Shown here: piece by piece, positions 17,105 through 26,198 of the stretch | Position numbering within the stretch: the stretch's first letter is position 1 | Layout: every line of letters begins with the position of its first letter | DNA from: a virus | Taxonomy: Duplodnaviria; Caudoviricetes | Length of the DNA stretch: 30,112 nucleotides | Reading direction: 5' to 3' (one strand) | Virus record (IMG/VR): IMGVR_UViG_3300037424_000892 | Location: 1 to 30,112 of that record | Notes under the pieces: generated by a model | Told to the model about the DNA's origin: nothing | The model's input: the letters and a program-made list of their open reading frames with translations, nothing else | Database searches by the model: none | Position numbers and translations under genes: made by a program

Positions 17105-18342
17105 GCCGGCAATACACCGTAAAATCTGCGGACACGCTCAGCCAGGTAGCGGCCCGCGTCTACGGGGACCCTTCCCGCTGGCCGGAAATCTGGCGGGCAA
17201 ATCAATCCCGTCTGAGGTCCGGGGACCCGAATAAAGTTTACCCCGGGGAGATCCTGATCATTCCGGAACCGGAGAAAGCCGCTGCCCTTTCCGGTAAGCA
17301 ACCCGACGACCTTACGATCGTGGCGGGCGGGCGGGAGCTCCGGATACTAAACGCCCGCATTATACGGACCATGGACACCGGCGCCGACGCCTGGACGTCC
17401 CGGATTGACTGGGAGCCGGGCGCCGACCCGGAGCTCGACCGGATTATCCGCCCGTATGGATACCCCAACGCCGCGGCGTATATCGGCGGGGAGCTCTTGG
17501 TCAATGGTCTACTCTATACTGTCGAGCCGGAGCTAACCACCACCGGCCGGACAGTGGCCCTGACCGGGTATTCCTTCACGGCGGACGCCGTGGATTCCAC
17601 CCTCAAGCCCCCCTATGAGCGGAACAATATAACCTTGGAACAACTGGCCGCGGAAGTGGTCGAGCCGCTGGGAATCCGCGCAATATTCCGGGCCGACACC
17701 GGCGGACCGTTTGCCAGGGTAACCGCCAACGAGGGGGACACGATCTTTGACCACCTGGCCCACCTGGCGGCGCAACGGGGTATCCTGGTCAGCTCCACGA
17801 CCGCCGGGGATTTGCTGTTCTGGAAAGCCGCCACGGACTCGCCGCTAGTCGGGACGATTGAGGAGGGCCAGCCCCTCGCTACCGGATACCGCGCCAAGTA
17901 CGACGGCCGGCGCAGATTCAACGCTTATAAATGTATAACAGCGGACGCCGGCGCGTCTCTGGACTGGGAGGCGGACGCAAACCCTAAAACGCAAATCGCG
18001 CTGGACAACGCCGTCCCCCGGTCCCGGTTCCTGACTTTCAAGACGGACGACACGACGCCGGGGAACATCTTAAACGCCGCAGAATGGCGCAGAAGCCGCC
18101 AAACGGTCGAGGCCCTTACCATGTCCTTCCCCGTCCCCGGTTGGCACGCTCCGGACGGCTCCGTTTGGCGGGAAAATACCCGCGTTTCGATTGTCAGCCG
18201 GACGCTGGGGGTCCCTCGCGGTTTTACCTTCCTGATTCGGTCGGTTGAGTATATCCTCGAGAATAACCGACGGGAGGCCGTCCTCAGTCTGGTCCCGCCG
18301 CAGGTTTACACCGGCGAAACAATGGGAGATATCTGGAAATGA
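17101..18342 (+). CDS. LysM domain fused to baseplate hub (Mu gpP/gp44-like)
   Basis: N-terminal YTVKSADTLSQVAARVYGDPSRWPEIWRAN...PNKVYPGEILIIP; C-terminal GWHAPDGSVWRENTRV. Confidence 0.85.
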   Translation: MSRQYTVKSADTLSQVAARVYGDPSRWPEIWRANQSRLRSGDPNKVYPGEILIIPEPEKAAALSGKQPDDLTIVAGGRELRILNARIIRTMDTGADAWTSRIDWEPGADPELDRIIRPYGYPNAAAYIGGELLVNGLLYTVEPELTTTGRTVALTGYSFTADAVDSTLKPPYERNNITLEQLAAEVVEPLGIRAIFRADTGGPFARVTANEGDTIFDHLAHLAAQRGILVSSTTAGDLLFWKAATDSPLVGTIEEGQPLATGYRAKYDGRRRFNAYKCITADAGASLDWEADANPKTQIALDNAVPRSRFLTFKTDDTTPGNILNAAEWRRSRQTVEALTMSFPVPGWHAPDGSVWRENTRVSIVSRTLGVPRGFTFLIRSVEYILENNRREAVLSLVPPQVYTGETMGDIWK

Positions 18343-19043
18343 CCACCCGCACCGGGCGCGTAACCGGACGTCAAACCGGAACGAACAAAGACGGCGCCGA
18401 CTCGGTCCGTCTCCTGCAGGTTATGATAACCGACCGGGACGACGTCCAGACGGTTCAGCTTGTCAGCCAGGCGGGGGAGGAGTCAAACCCCCCGGACGGT
18501 TCGGCGGTTGTCCTACTCTCGGCCGGCTCCGCGCTTAAACTGGCCATTGCGACGCTTGACCGGGTTGTCCCTGACCTGGCCGTCGGGGGGAAACGGATCT
18601 ATAGCACCGCGGCGGATGGCGTTACCGTTATGGCAGAGGCGCGTCTCGACCCGGACGGAAAGATTACGATCCATAACGACCTGGCAAGCCAAACGATCCA
18701 CCCGGACGGGACGGTCGAGATAATCAACCCGCTGGCGTCTATCAACATGGCACCGGACGGCGCAATTACCGCCAGCAACGGCGCGGCGTCTATTACGCTT
18801 GACGCGGCGGGCGTTATATCGTTCCATGGTACGCAAGCCGTATTTGATTGCCCGGTTACAGCCCCCAGCGTGGCGCTTGTGACCACCGGAGGCGGAACGG
18901 GGGGCATTACCGCCGCGGGTGACATTGACGCAACTGGAACGATCACAGGAACCGCGGACGTTATAGCCGGCACGATTTCCGGGAAAACCCACGTGCATAG
19001 CGGCGTAACGTCTGGCCCGAATAACTCCGGAGGACCCCTATGA
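18339..19043 (+). CDS. baseplate spike (Mu gp45-like)
   Basis: Beta-repeat C-terminal half ending in SGKTHVHSGV, the HxH metal-binding tip. Confidence 0.85.
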   Translation: MTTRTGRVTGRQTGTNKDGADSVRLLQVMITDRDDVQTVQLVSQAGEESNPPDGSAVVLLSAGSALKLAIATLDRVVPDLAVGGKRIYSTAADGVTVMAEARLDPDGKITIHNDLASQTIHPDGTVEIINPLASINMAPDGAITASNGAASITLDAAGVISFHGTQAVFDCPVTAPSVALVTTGGGTGGITAAGDIDATGTITGTADVIAGTISGKTHVHSGVTSGPNNSGGPL

Positions 19044-19465
19044 TATTGCAAGGCGACCCGCGTTTAGTCATGACTCCCAGCGGCACGCGGTTACAGTTTA
19101 CCGGCGGCCAGCCGCTTATGGACCGCGGCCTCGAAAACTTGGCGTTGATTTCTTTGTTTACAAGTCCGGGGTGGGCTGGTAACCTGCTTGTCAAAAGTGA
19201 CATAGGCTCGGATTTCGAGGCGGTTTGTAACCAGCCCATAACGAGGCGGTCCTTAAATGATATCAGGAATTCCGCGGAGCGGGCGCTAAAGTCCCCCGCA
19301 TTCGGTCGGGTAACGGTAACGGTAACGAACCCGACGGGCTACCGGTTAAACGTAATTATCAGGATCGAACCGCCGGGGGATAACCCGCAGGCGATCCAAT
19401 TAACCCGGAACGGGGAAAACTGGACTTTTCAAGCAATGGACCCCGCGTTTAACAAGGTGAATTAA
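19040..19465 (+). CDS. baseplate wedge protein (Mu gp46-like)
   Basis: DRGLENLALISLFT...GWAGN...GS pattern. Confidence 0.8.
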   Translation: MILQGDPRLVMTPSGTRLQFTGGQPLMDRGLENLALISLFTSPGWAGNLLVKSDIGSDFEAVCNQPITRRSLNDIRNSAERALKSPAFGRVTVTVTNPTGYRLNVIIRIEPPGDNPQAIQLTRNGENWTFQAMDPAFNKVN

Positions 19466-20637
19466 TGGCCCTCAAAGTCCCGACAACTAAAGAGCTCAGC
19501 GGCTTAAACCTGGCCCAACTTGAGGGCAAACTCGGACAGTCCGCCCCCCTGGCGGACCGCGCTTTCCTCCGGGTACTGGCGGCAATGAAGGCCCTGGCGG
19601 ATACGGGGCTTTATAAATTCGGGATTGAGCGGGCCAAACAAAATTTAGCCCTGACCGCCACCGGCGCCGACCTTGACCTCCTGGGAAACGAGTTTTCAAC
19701 CCCCCGGAAACTGGCCGAGTTTGCGGTCCTGAGCGCCGAAATCGTGGCGATTACCGGGACGCTCATACCCGCCACCGCGTCCTTTATCGGGGACGCTAAC
19801 GGGGTCCGCTATTTCCTGGACGCCTCCGCGCTGGCGGTGGCCGGCGTTGCGTCCCTCAGCATGACGGCGGAGGTATCCGGAGCCGCGGGCAACCTGCAAC
19901 CCGGCGACTCCCTGATCATCGTTTCCCCGGTTGCCGGCGCGGCCGTCTCGGCCCTTGTGACCACGGTAACCACGACCGGGGCAGAGGAGGAGACGGACAG
20001 CGCATTCCGCCCCCGCGTCCTGTTTGCGGAGCGGGCGGTTACCGGGGGGAGCAACGCCACGGATCATAAGATTTGGGCAGAGGAGGTGGCCGGCGTTTTG
20101 CGGGCCTTTCCCTTTGCCGGAAAACCTAGCGGGACCAGCTACCCGGGCGACCGGACGGTCTACATTGAAGCGGACCCCACCCTCGACCCGGACGGCATCG
20201 CACCGGCGGGCCTTTTGCTGAGCGTCCGGGAGGCGCTGAACATCGACCCGGCGACGGGTCTTTCCCGTCCCGCGCTCGGCCTGGTAGACGCAACGCTGTA
20301 TGTTGAATCGATAACCCGGACCGCCATTGACGTGGAAATTACAAACCTGGTTACCCCTGCGGGGACGGACGTAACGGTCAAGGCGGAAATCTCGGCCGTT
20401 CTGGATTCCTACTTTGCCGGCCTGGCGACCTACGTCGAGGGGGTGGACCTTGTCCAGGAGCGAAACGACCGGATCACGACGCTAACCCTCGGGGACGTCG
20501 TCCAGGCCGTCCTGGCGACCCGCGGGGCCTCCGCGGGGGAGATTGCTTTTACTATCGCGGCGGCCCCCTTTAACTCCTACCAGCTGAGCGCCGGGGAGTT
20601 GGCCAAGACGGGGGCTGTCTCTTATGTTACTGTCTAG
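19465..20637 (+). CDS. baseplate J/gp47-like protein
   Basis: TATGADLD, GAAGN, GAEEETDSAFRPR and GGSNATDH-WA motifs. Confidence 0.92.
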   Translation: MALKVPTTKELSGLNLAQLEGKLGQSAPLADRAFLRVLAAMKALADTGLYKFGIERAKQNLALTATGADLDLLGNEFSTPRKLAEFAVLSAEIVAITGTLIPATASFIGDANGVRYFLDASALAVAGVASLSMTAEVSGAAGNLQPGDSLIIVSPVAGAAVSALVTTVTTTGAEEETDSAFRPRVLFAERAVTGGSNATDHKIWAEEVAGVLRAFPFAGKPSGTSYPGDRTVYIEADPTLDPDGIAPAGLLLSVREALNIDPATGLSRPALGLVDATLYVESITRTAIDVEITNLVTPAGTDVTVKAEISAVLDSYFAGLATYVEGVDLVQERNDRITTLTLGDVVQAVLATRGASAGEIAFTIAAAPFNSYQLSAGELAKTGAVSYVTV

Positions 20638-21412
20638 GGCGGTACTTGACGCGCTCCTCCCGCCCGGGTCCTTGTGGACTCCGGAGGATGGGGCCGAATT
20701 TGACGCGCTCCTCGAGGCCCTGGCGGAAAACGCGGAGCCCGTCCGTATTTTTCTGGATGGCTTGGCGCGGGTCCGGAGTCCGCAGTTAACGCCCTTCCTC
20801 AGCGACTTAGAAAAAGAATATGGAATCCTCCCGGACGCGGCCCTTTCGGAGGCGACCCGCCGGTCCCGCCTGGCGGCGATAAAAACCGCGGTTAACTCGA
20901 CCGGCGCCGTGCCTTTCCTGCAGGGCAAACTAAACGCCGCGGGCTTTGACGTCCAGGTTCACATAAATAATCCGCCCGTCAACCCGGCGCAGTTTATAGA
21001 TTTCGCCCCGCCTACCGTTATGGGGAATGCGTCCGCTGTTTTTAACGGGGTGGGCGCACAGTTCGGGGGAGCCCGCGGGGAGCTCCTGGTCAATGGCCCG
21101 GTATACGACGCGGGCGTCCTGGTTACATACACAACGCCAACGGATCCCGTTTACTGGCCGCTGGTTTTCTTTATCGGCGGAGACGCGACCCGCGACCCGG
21201 TGACCGGCGAAATCACAAGGATTGAACGGGTAACGCTCCCCGCAAACCGCCGGGCGGAGTTTATCGCCCTGGTTATAAAATACAAACCGTTATATACCTG
21301 GTGCGGGCTGGTTGCGGAGTTTGTCCAGATAGTTGAGCCGGACGTTAACAGTTTCGGGTTTGAGGATATCTTATTCGCGTTTGATAGCTGGCTCTTTGCC
21401 GGGGAGGTTTAA
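20624..21412 (+). CDS. baseplate wedge gp48/YmfQ (DUF2313)-like protein
   Basis: ALLPPGSLW, LSDLEKEYGI and KYKPLYT motifs. Confidence 0.82.
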   Translation: MLLSRAVLDALLPPGSLWTPEDGAEFDALLEALAENAEPVRIFLDGLARVRSPQLTPFLSDLEKEYGILPDAALSEATRRSRLAAIKTAVNSTGAVPFLQGKLNAAGFDVQVHINNPPVNPAQFIDFAPPTVMGNASAVFNGVGAQFGGARGELLVNGPVYDAGVLVTYTTPTDPVYWPLVFFIGGDATRDPVTGEITRIERVTLPANRRAEFIALVIKYKPLYTWCGLVAEFVQIVEPDVNSFGFEDILFAFDSWLFAGEV

Positions 21413-21415
21413 CAA

Positions 21416-22216
21416 ATGGCCATTAAAATAGCGGTTGTATATCCGAACGCGGAGCCAGTTACCGCCAGTTACCCGGGGGGCTCTTTTAAGAACGAAACCA
21501 GCCCGGGGGCGCTGGACGGGACGCCACTTGAAAAAGCGTGGGCGGACGACCTGATCGGCTTTCGGGACGCGATCCTCGCAGCGGCGGCCCGCGGGTATTC
21601 CGGAGCGCCGGATACGGCCCTGCTTTCCGACGCGTTGGAAGCGCTCTATACTCTTTTTGTCAAACAGGCGGACGCGGTCAGCGCGGCCACCGCCAGCAAG
21701 GTGATGAAACGGGATGTCAACGGACGGTCCAAGGTCGTGGCCGGCGTGGCGTCGGACGATGTAGCCACACTTGGGCAGCTCGACACCCACGCGGGCCTGA
21801 CCGCTCCGCACAGCGCCAGCCAGACGGCCACGGCGCTACGGATGGCCCAACGAGATAGCGCGGGCCGCCTTGAGGGCGCCACGGCGGTGGCCGGGAATGA
21901 CTTGGTCAATTTTACACAATGGGCCGCCAGCCTCGGGGTGGGCGTAGGGCAGGCGTGGGCCACCGCGGCGCTGTTTGTGGATACGCAGTACCAAAACCTG
22001 ACCGGGAAACCTATCATGGTAAGCGTCCGCTCTCAAAATAGCGGGGGCTCAGGGGTTAACCTCTCGTTTGGTCTGTATGCGGGGCCGTCCAGCGCGGACC
22101 ACTTTGTCGCGGGCGGAACGGCAACCCTCGGTTATCAATCGGCATGCGGGATTATCCCCGCCAGTCATTTTTACAAGGTGACCGGGTTTGTTGCCTCTGT
22201 GAGCATACTGTCCTAA
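21416..22216 (+). CDS. tail fibre protein
   Basis: N-terminal YPGGSFKNET-DGTPL-WADD anchor; two internal repeats ATASKVMKRDVNGR and ATALRMAQRDSAGR; C-terminal YQNLTGKPIMVSV domain. Confidence 0.8.
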   Translation: MAIKIAVVYPNAEPVTASYPGGSFKNETSPGALDGTPLEKAWADDLIGFRDAILAAAARGYSGAPDTALLSDALEALYTLFVKQADAVSAATASKVMKRDVNGRSKVVAGVASDDVATLGQLDTHAGLTAPHSASQTATALRMAQRDSAGRLEGATAVAGNDLVNFTQWAASLGVGVGQAWATAALFVDTQYQNLTGKPIMVSVRSQNSGGSGVNLSFGLYAGPSSADHFVAGGTATLGYQSACGIIPASHFYKVTGFVASVSILS

Positions 22217-22234
22217 AAATGAGGAGCGTATAAC

Positions 22235-22672
22235 ATGGCAACGACGGACTACAAAACCGGGGCGAAGTCAACCCACCAGGTCCCGCTATACGACCCGGAG
22301 CTCGGGGGCGTATCGAATCCCAACGCCTACGGGCGGTTTACCCTGGCTGATATCCGGGCGGCCCTGGGGGGCGTGGCCCTTACGGCGGCGGATATTCGTG
22401 TCGTCCTTGAGACGGGCCCGGTCCTCCCCACGGACCTGGTTATTATTGTGGACGCGACCCTTGCACCGGTAGACCTGACCCTCCTGCCCTCCGCGGATCC
22501 CTCGGCTAAATCTATCAAAATTCAACGCGCCCGAACGGACCCGGGGACCTATGCGGTTAATATCCTGCCCGACGGCGCGGAGACGATTGGCGGGGAGCCG
22601 TCCCTCCCCCTGCTACCTGGTGAAACGTTCGAGCTGGTCCCCGACGGGCTCACAGATTATTACCAATTCTAA
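22235..22672 (+). CDS. hypothetical tail-fibre-associated protein
   Basis: GAGGAG RBS; IIVDAT-LTLLP-VNILPDGAETIGG resembles small beta domains of fibre proteins. Confidence 0.6.
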   Translation: MATTDYKTGAKSTHQVPLYDPELGGVSNPNAYGRFTLADIRAALGGVALTAADIRVVLETGPVLPTDLVIIVDATLAPVDLTLLPSADPSAKSIKIQRARTDPGTYAVNILPDGAETIGGEPSLPLLPGETFELVPDGLTDYYQF

Positions 22673-22684
22673 GGAGGCTCAACC

Positions 22685-24613
22685 ATGAAGCGCTTTATTT
22701 TTTCGGTTTTTCTGCTACTGGCCACTATGGCGCCGCAATTTGTGGCCGCCGCGCCTTTCGTCGTTTCGGACATTCGAAGCCCTGTTTTAATCCACAAAGT
22801 CAACACCATCGCCGACCTGCGGCTGATCACTGGCTCTCCGGGGCGGTCGGCTGTGCAGGTGCTCGGCTACTACGAGGCTGGGGATGGCGGAGGAGGGCCG
22901 GTGCGGCGGTGGGTGGACGGGAAGGCTGTTGGCTATTACACGGCTGTAACCGGGGTGGAGCCGGATGATGGTGGGTCAATCATCGTGCCGACGGGTGAGG
23001 ATGGGTCGGGGGCGTGGTTGTGGGAGTGGAGTGGGGATGTTATTGCTGAGTGGTTTGGCGCTCAAGGGGATGGAATTACAGACGATTCGCAGGAAATACT
23101 AGCGGCGTTAGCAACGGGTTTAGACGTATATACACCTAACAATTATTACCTTACACAACCAATTAGTGTAGGTCAGCAGAGACTTTATGGACAAAATGGT
23201 AATAAATCTAAACTAATTTTCAACCACAGCGGAGGGGGTTTTGCCGTAACCGTTTATACAAGTGAGCGGGGCGGTGGAATTGACAATCTGACATTAGATT
23301 CATCCGTTGATGGGCTTAAAGGCCTCAACATGATCGGGACTGTTATGGCTAAGTGTGATCAGGTATTTATAAATAATTTCACATTAGTTAGCCTTCAATT
23401 GGGAGATACTGCTGCGGCGTCTGGTATTTATTGGTCAAAGATCGGCCGCGTTCGCATTCGCCTAGATTCAGATAAAGATGGCGATACTGGTGTATTAATT
23501 GACGGGCAAAATATACCAGGGTCAAATGCAAACTCCCTAGAGGATGTTGTAATTGGTGGTAATTTTAAACGGTCATTACATATAAAAGGTAACGGAAATA
23601 CCATAAAAAACGGTACTATTGAACTTACTCGCGGAAATACCAACGTAATATCTATGATATATATTGAAGGTGGAGGTAATACAGTAGAGGGTTTATATGT
23701 TGAGCCCATAGGAATTCCGCCAGCCACACTGGTTGAATTTAGTTCAACATCTTCTGGCAATACTGTTAATCTTTGGCCGCAATATGTGCCCTTATACAAC
23801 ATGTCTAAAAACATTATTGATAATGGAGCTCACAATAAGGTTAAATTGAGGCGCGTAGGATCAAACTTTGTAATTGGCCCGGAAGCAGAACCAAGCGTAA
23901 ATCTTTTGTTAAACAGTGCGTTTAAAACGTGGAGAGATGCCGAAAACCCGACCGGCTGGTTATTTGGGACTGTGGGAAGAATAAGCAGGGTAGCCCCCGA
24001 GGCAGTTGGAGGACCTTCAATACTTCGCATGACGCTTACAGCAAATAATGCAAGTATCCAAAGTTATGTTACGGATTACTTTACATCTTCCTCCGGGGTA
24101 GTACCGCTTGATGTCAAATATTTACAAGGAAAACCGATTATAGTAGGGGTATGGTGTAGAACATCGGTTGTTAACGCAGGGGGTATTAAATTCAACCTGG
24201 GAACAGGGGGTGTTGCGGGTCTTGGTCAAAATTCGCACTCTGGCTCTGGAAATTGGGAATTGTTGCTTGCTCATGGTAACGTAAGTACCGCAAATGATAG
24301 AGTGGGGCTGGAATTACGCTCACAAATTAATAATGATCCCCTTACTGGCACTGTAGATTTCCGCGACCCATTTTTTATTATTGGGTCTGATATTACATTC
24401 TTTGGGGCTAAACCCATTATTGATACCGGGGGAAAAATATTTGGTGACTTGGAGTTTCCCCTGGACTTTACCGATAAGGGCCGTGGGGGTATCCTTCGAT
24501 TTGGTCTGTTTTATGTATGGGTGGATACGGCAGGAAAGCTTCGTATCGGTTCCACTAGGCCAACGGACGCAACGTGGGATAGTGCTGGTGCTGTAGTTGG
24601 GACTCAAACCTAA
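22685..24613 (+). CDS. tailspike/depolymerase-like beta-helix protein with N-terminal signal-peptide-like leader
   Basis: VLGYYEAGDGGGG domain, WFGAQGDGITDD pectate-lyase-like start, NLLLNSAF CBM-like start, C-terminal YVWVDTAGKLRI...GAVVGTQT. AT-rich from about 23040. Confidence 0.8.
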   Translation: MKRFIFSVFLLLATMAPQFVAAAPFVVSDIRSPVLIHKVNTIADLRLITGSPGRSAVQVLGYYEAGDGGGGPVRRWVDGKAVGYYTAVTGVEPDDGGSIIVPTGEDGSGAWLWEWSGDVIAEWFGAQGDGITDDSQEILAALATGLDVYTPNNYYLTQPISVGQQRLYGQNGNKSKLIFNHSGGGFAVTVYTSERGGGIDNLTLDSSVDGLKGLNMIGTVMAKCDQVFINNFTLVSLQLGDTAAASGIYWSKIGRVRIRLDSDKDGDTGVLIDGQNIPGSNANSLEDVVIGGNFKRSLHIKGNGNTIKNGTIELTRGNTNVISMIYIEGGGNTVEGLYVEPIGIPPATLVEFSSTSSGNTVNLWPQYVPLYNMSKNIIDNGAHNKVKLRRVGSNFVIGPEAEPSVNLLLNSAFKTWRDAENPTGWLFGTVGRISRVAPEAVGGPSILRMTLTANNASIQSYVTDYFTSSSGVVPLDVKYLQGKPIIVGVWCRTSVVNAGGIKFNLGTGGVAGLGQNSHSGSGNWELLLAHGNVSTANDRVGLELRSQINNDPLTGTVDFRDPFFIIGSDITFFGAKPIIDTGGKIFGDLEFPLDFTDKGRGGILRFGLFYVWVDTAGKLRIGSTRPTDATWDSAGAVVGTQT

Positions 24614-24863
24614 TTGCCATCTCCAACAACAACTATGGCGGTTGTCAAGTTGATATTTTGGTCGGCGGTTTATGGTTTATGAGATGGTGATTACTGTGGG
24701 TGTTCAATAAAGTCCTAATGCCAACCCACTCGTCAGCCGGTGCTAAAGCAATCGGCGCGGTACAGGGCAATAATCAACAGTGATAGAAAGGCGATCCCAT
24801 GATTAAAGATTTTCCATGAAGGATTGCGTGACATAACTCTAACCGTTTAAGGAGGCTCAGAAA

Positions 24864-25334
24864 ATGAAATTTCACCGCTCATTGTTGTTTTTGGCCATTC
24901 TCCTGGTAGCACTGTCCGTTCTCCTGGTGGCTCCTATCGCCATGGCCGCGGACGCCAACCCCGCCGGCGACTCGCTGGCCCTGTTCCTCGGCAACGTGGT
25001 TTTTCCGGTCCTGGCCGCTTTTCTCCTGGGGCTGATTGGGGTTATCCTGGACAAACTCCGAAAAAAATACAATCTGGATATCTCGGCCGCCGTCCAGTCC
25101 TCTATGGAACAGACCGCAAAACGGGCCATCGGCTATGTCGAGGAGCGGGCGGCGGCGGCGATCAAAAACAAGGTAACCACGCTGACCGGTAACGAAAAGC
25201 TTGACATGGCCGTCGCCTACGTCCTCGAGGCCATGCCCCGCGTAACCCCCGAACAGGCAGAGCGCCTGGTCCACGGGGTCCTTGGAGAAACTGTAGGGGC
25301 CGGCGCAACGGGGGCCGGATCGGTTAAATGGTAG
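24864..25334 (+). CDS. LL-H-like holin with extra N-terminal signal-like segment
   Basis: TM helix followed by KLRKK, AIGYVEE and GNEKLDMAVAYV; precedes spanin-like genes. Confidence 0.65.
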   Translation: MKFHRSLLFLAILLVALSVLLVAPIAMAADANPAGDSLALFLGNVVFPVLAAFLLGLIGVILDKLRKKYNLDISAAVQSSMEQTAKRAIGYVEERAAAAIKNKVTTLTGNEKLDMAVAYVLEAMPRVTPEQAERLVHGVLGETVGAGATGAGSVKW

Positions 25335-25525
25335 CGGGTATTCTGGCGATTATTTCCGCGCTCCTCCCGCTACTTTTCGACTGGTTGGAGGAGCGCCAGA
25401 AAGGCAAACCGTATGCAGAAAAGCAGACTATCCGCCGGGCGGCTGTTACTGGTGACGTTGATACTCTCAGCGCTCAGCTTGACCGGATGCGGGAGCTTAT
25501 CGCCCGTCGTTCTGCAGGGAAATAG
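25328..25525 (+). CDS. i-spanin-like (Rz-like) protein
   Basis: N-terminal hydrophobic anchor plus short helical region; overlapped by a lipoprotein ORF. Confidence 0.65.
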   Translation: MVAGILAIISALLPLLFDWLEERQKGKPYAEKQTIRRAAVTGDVDTLSAQLDRMRELIARRSAGK

Positions 25526-25643
25526 CCTGGTCCTCGAACTCAAGGCCGGGCAGCCGGCTCCGTCGGACGGCTATCTCCTGAGCCCCGCGGCCCTTGTGGA
25601 ATTGATGGAATGCTGTAACGACAAACTAAGCCTGGCCGAATAG
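25413..25643 (+). CDS. o-spanin-like (Rz1-like) lipoprotein
   Basis: Signal peptide with lipobox LTGC; overlaps the preceding gene in another frame; GGAGGAG upstream. Confidence 0.7.
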   Translation: MQKSRLSAGRLLLVTLILSALSLTGCGSLSPVVLQGNSLVLELKAGQPAPSDGYLLSPAALVELMECCNDKLSLAE

Positions 25644-25646
25644 GCC

Positions 25647-25701
25647 ACCCCGACGGCCCTTAACCGGTATACTCCACCGGGGGCCGTCGGGGTAATTTTT
25701 T
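25647..25701 (+). terminator. terminator between convergent lysis and accessory operons
   Basis: accccgacggccc...gggccgtcggggt (13-bp stem) with inner ccggt/accgg stem, then aatttttt. Confidence 0.8.
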
Positions 25702-26046
25702 CTAAACGCCGTCCATAATGATAGCCAGAAAACTGGCACAATCGCCCGCCTCATGTTTTGCATGCTGGCGGGCTTTTTCTACCGCCTCGCGGGTATTATC
25801 GCGGGCCGCCAGCCATGCGGACCGGTCGAACGGGTCCGGCGCTATCCGCTCAATCCTCCGGAGTTCCCGGCGGAGACAGTGAAGACGCCACAAGGCCCCC
25901 GCCAGCTCCCGGACCTCCGCCAGGAGCAACGCAAACGCCCGGGCCTGACCAAGGCCCTCCCAGCTCCCTTTGCTGGCGTTACGGGGCAAATTCATGTTAT
26001 CGATTGCCTGGACCGCCAGCGCGGTAACAATCCGCGAACCTCTCAT
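25702..26046 (-). CDS. MazG-like all-alpha nucleotide pyrophosphatase fold protein
   Basis: LLAEVRELAGAL...HEAGDCASFLAII matches the ExxE...ExxD pattern, with one canonical Glu replaced by Ala. GGAGGT RBS. Confidence 0.55.
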   Translation of the reverse strand: MRGSRIVTALAVQAIDNMNLPRNASKGSWEGLGQARAFALLLAEVRELAGALWRLHCLRRELRRIERIAPDPFDRSAWLAARDNTREAVEKARQHAKHEAGDCASFLAIIMDGV

Positions 26047-26147
26047 GTTTTGACCTCCCGGTTACAGCAACGGGTAAAGTGTCGGCCGAAAAGGCGGACA
26101 ACCCCGCGCCAAATTTTAAAGCACTTTCCGCAATAGCAAGGACGCAC
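26043..26147 (-). CDS. Cys-rich micro-protein (34 aa), not in ORF track
   Basis: GGGAGGG RBS, GTG start, MRPCYCGKCFKIWRGVVRLFGRHFTRCCNREVKT, ATGA overlap with the next gene. Confidence 0.55.
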   Translation of the reverse strand: MRPCYCGKCFKIWRGVVRLFGRHFTRCCNREVKT

Positions 26148-26198
26148 GGTGAACCCTCCCGGCGGATCGGCGGGCCGTAACCCGCCACCGCCCGCTAG

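Noticed and set aside
21416-24613. Diversity-generating retroelement or invertible fibre cassette
   Set aside because: No reverse transcriptase, invertase or template/variable repeat pair seen in the window.
24614-24847. 33-codon minus-strand ORF and attC-like GTT/AAC words in the AT-rich spacer
   Set aside because: No clear SD and no palindromic attC structure; treated as carried-over non-coding DNA.
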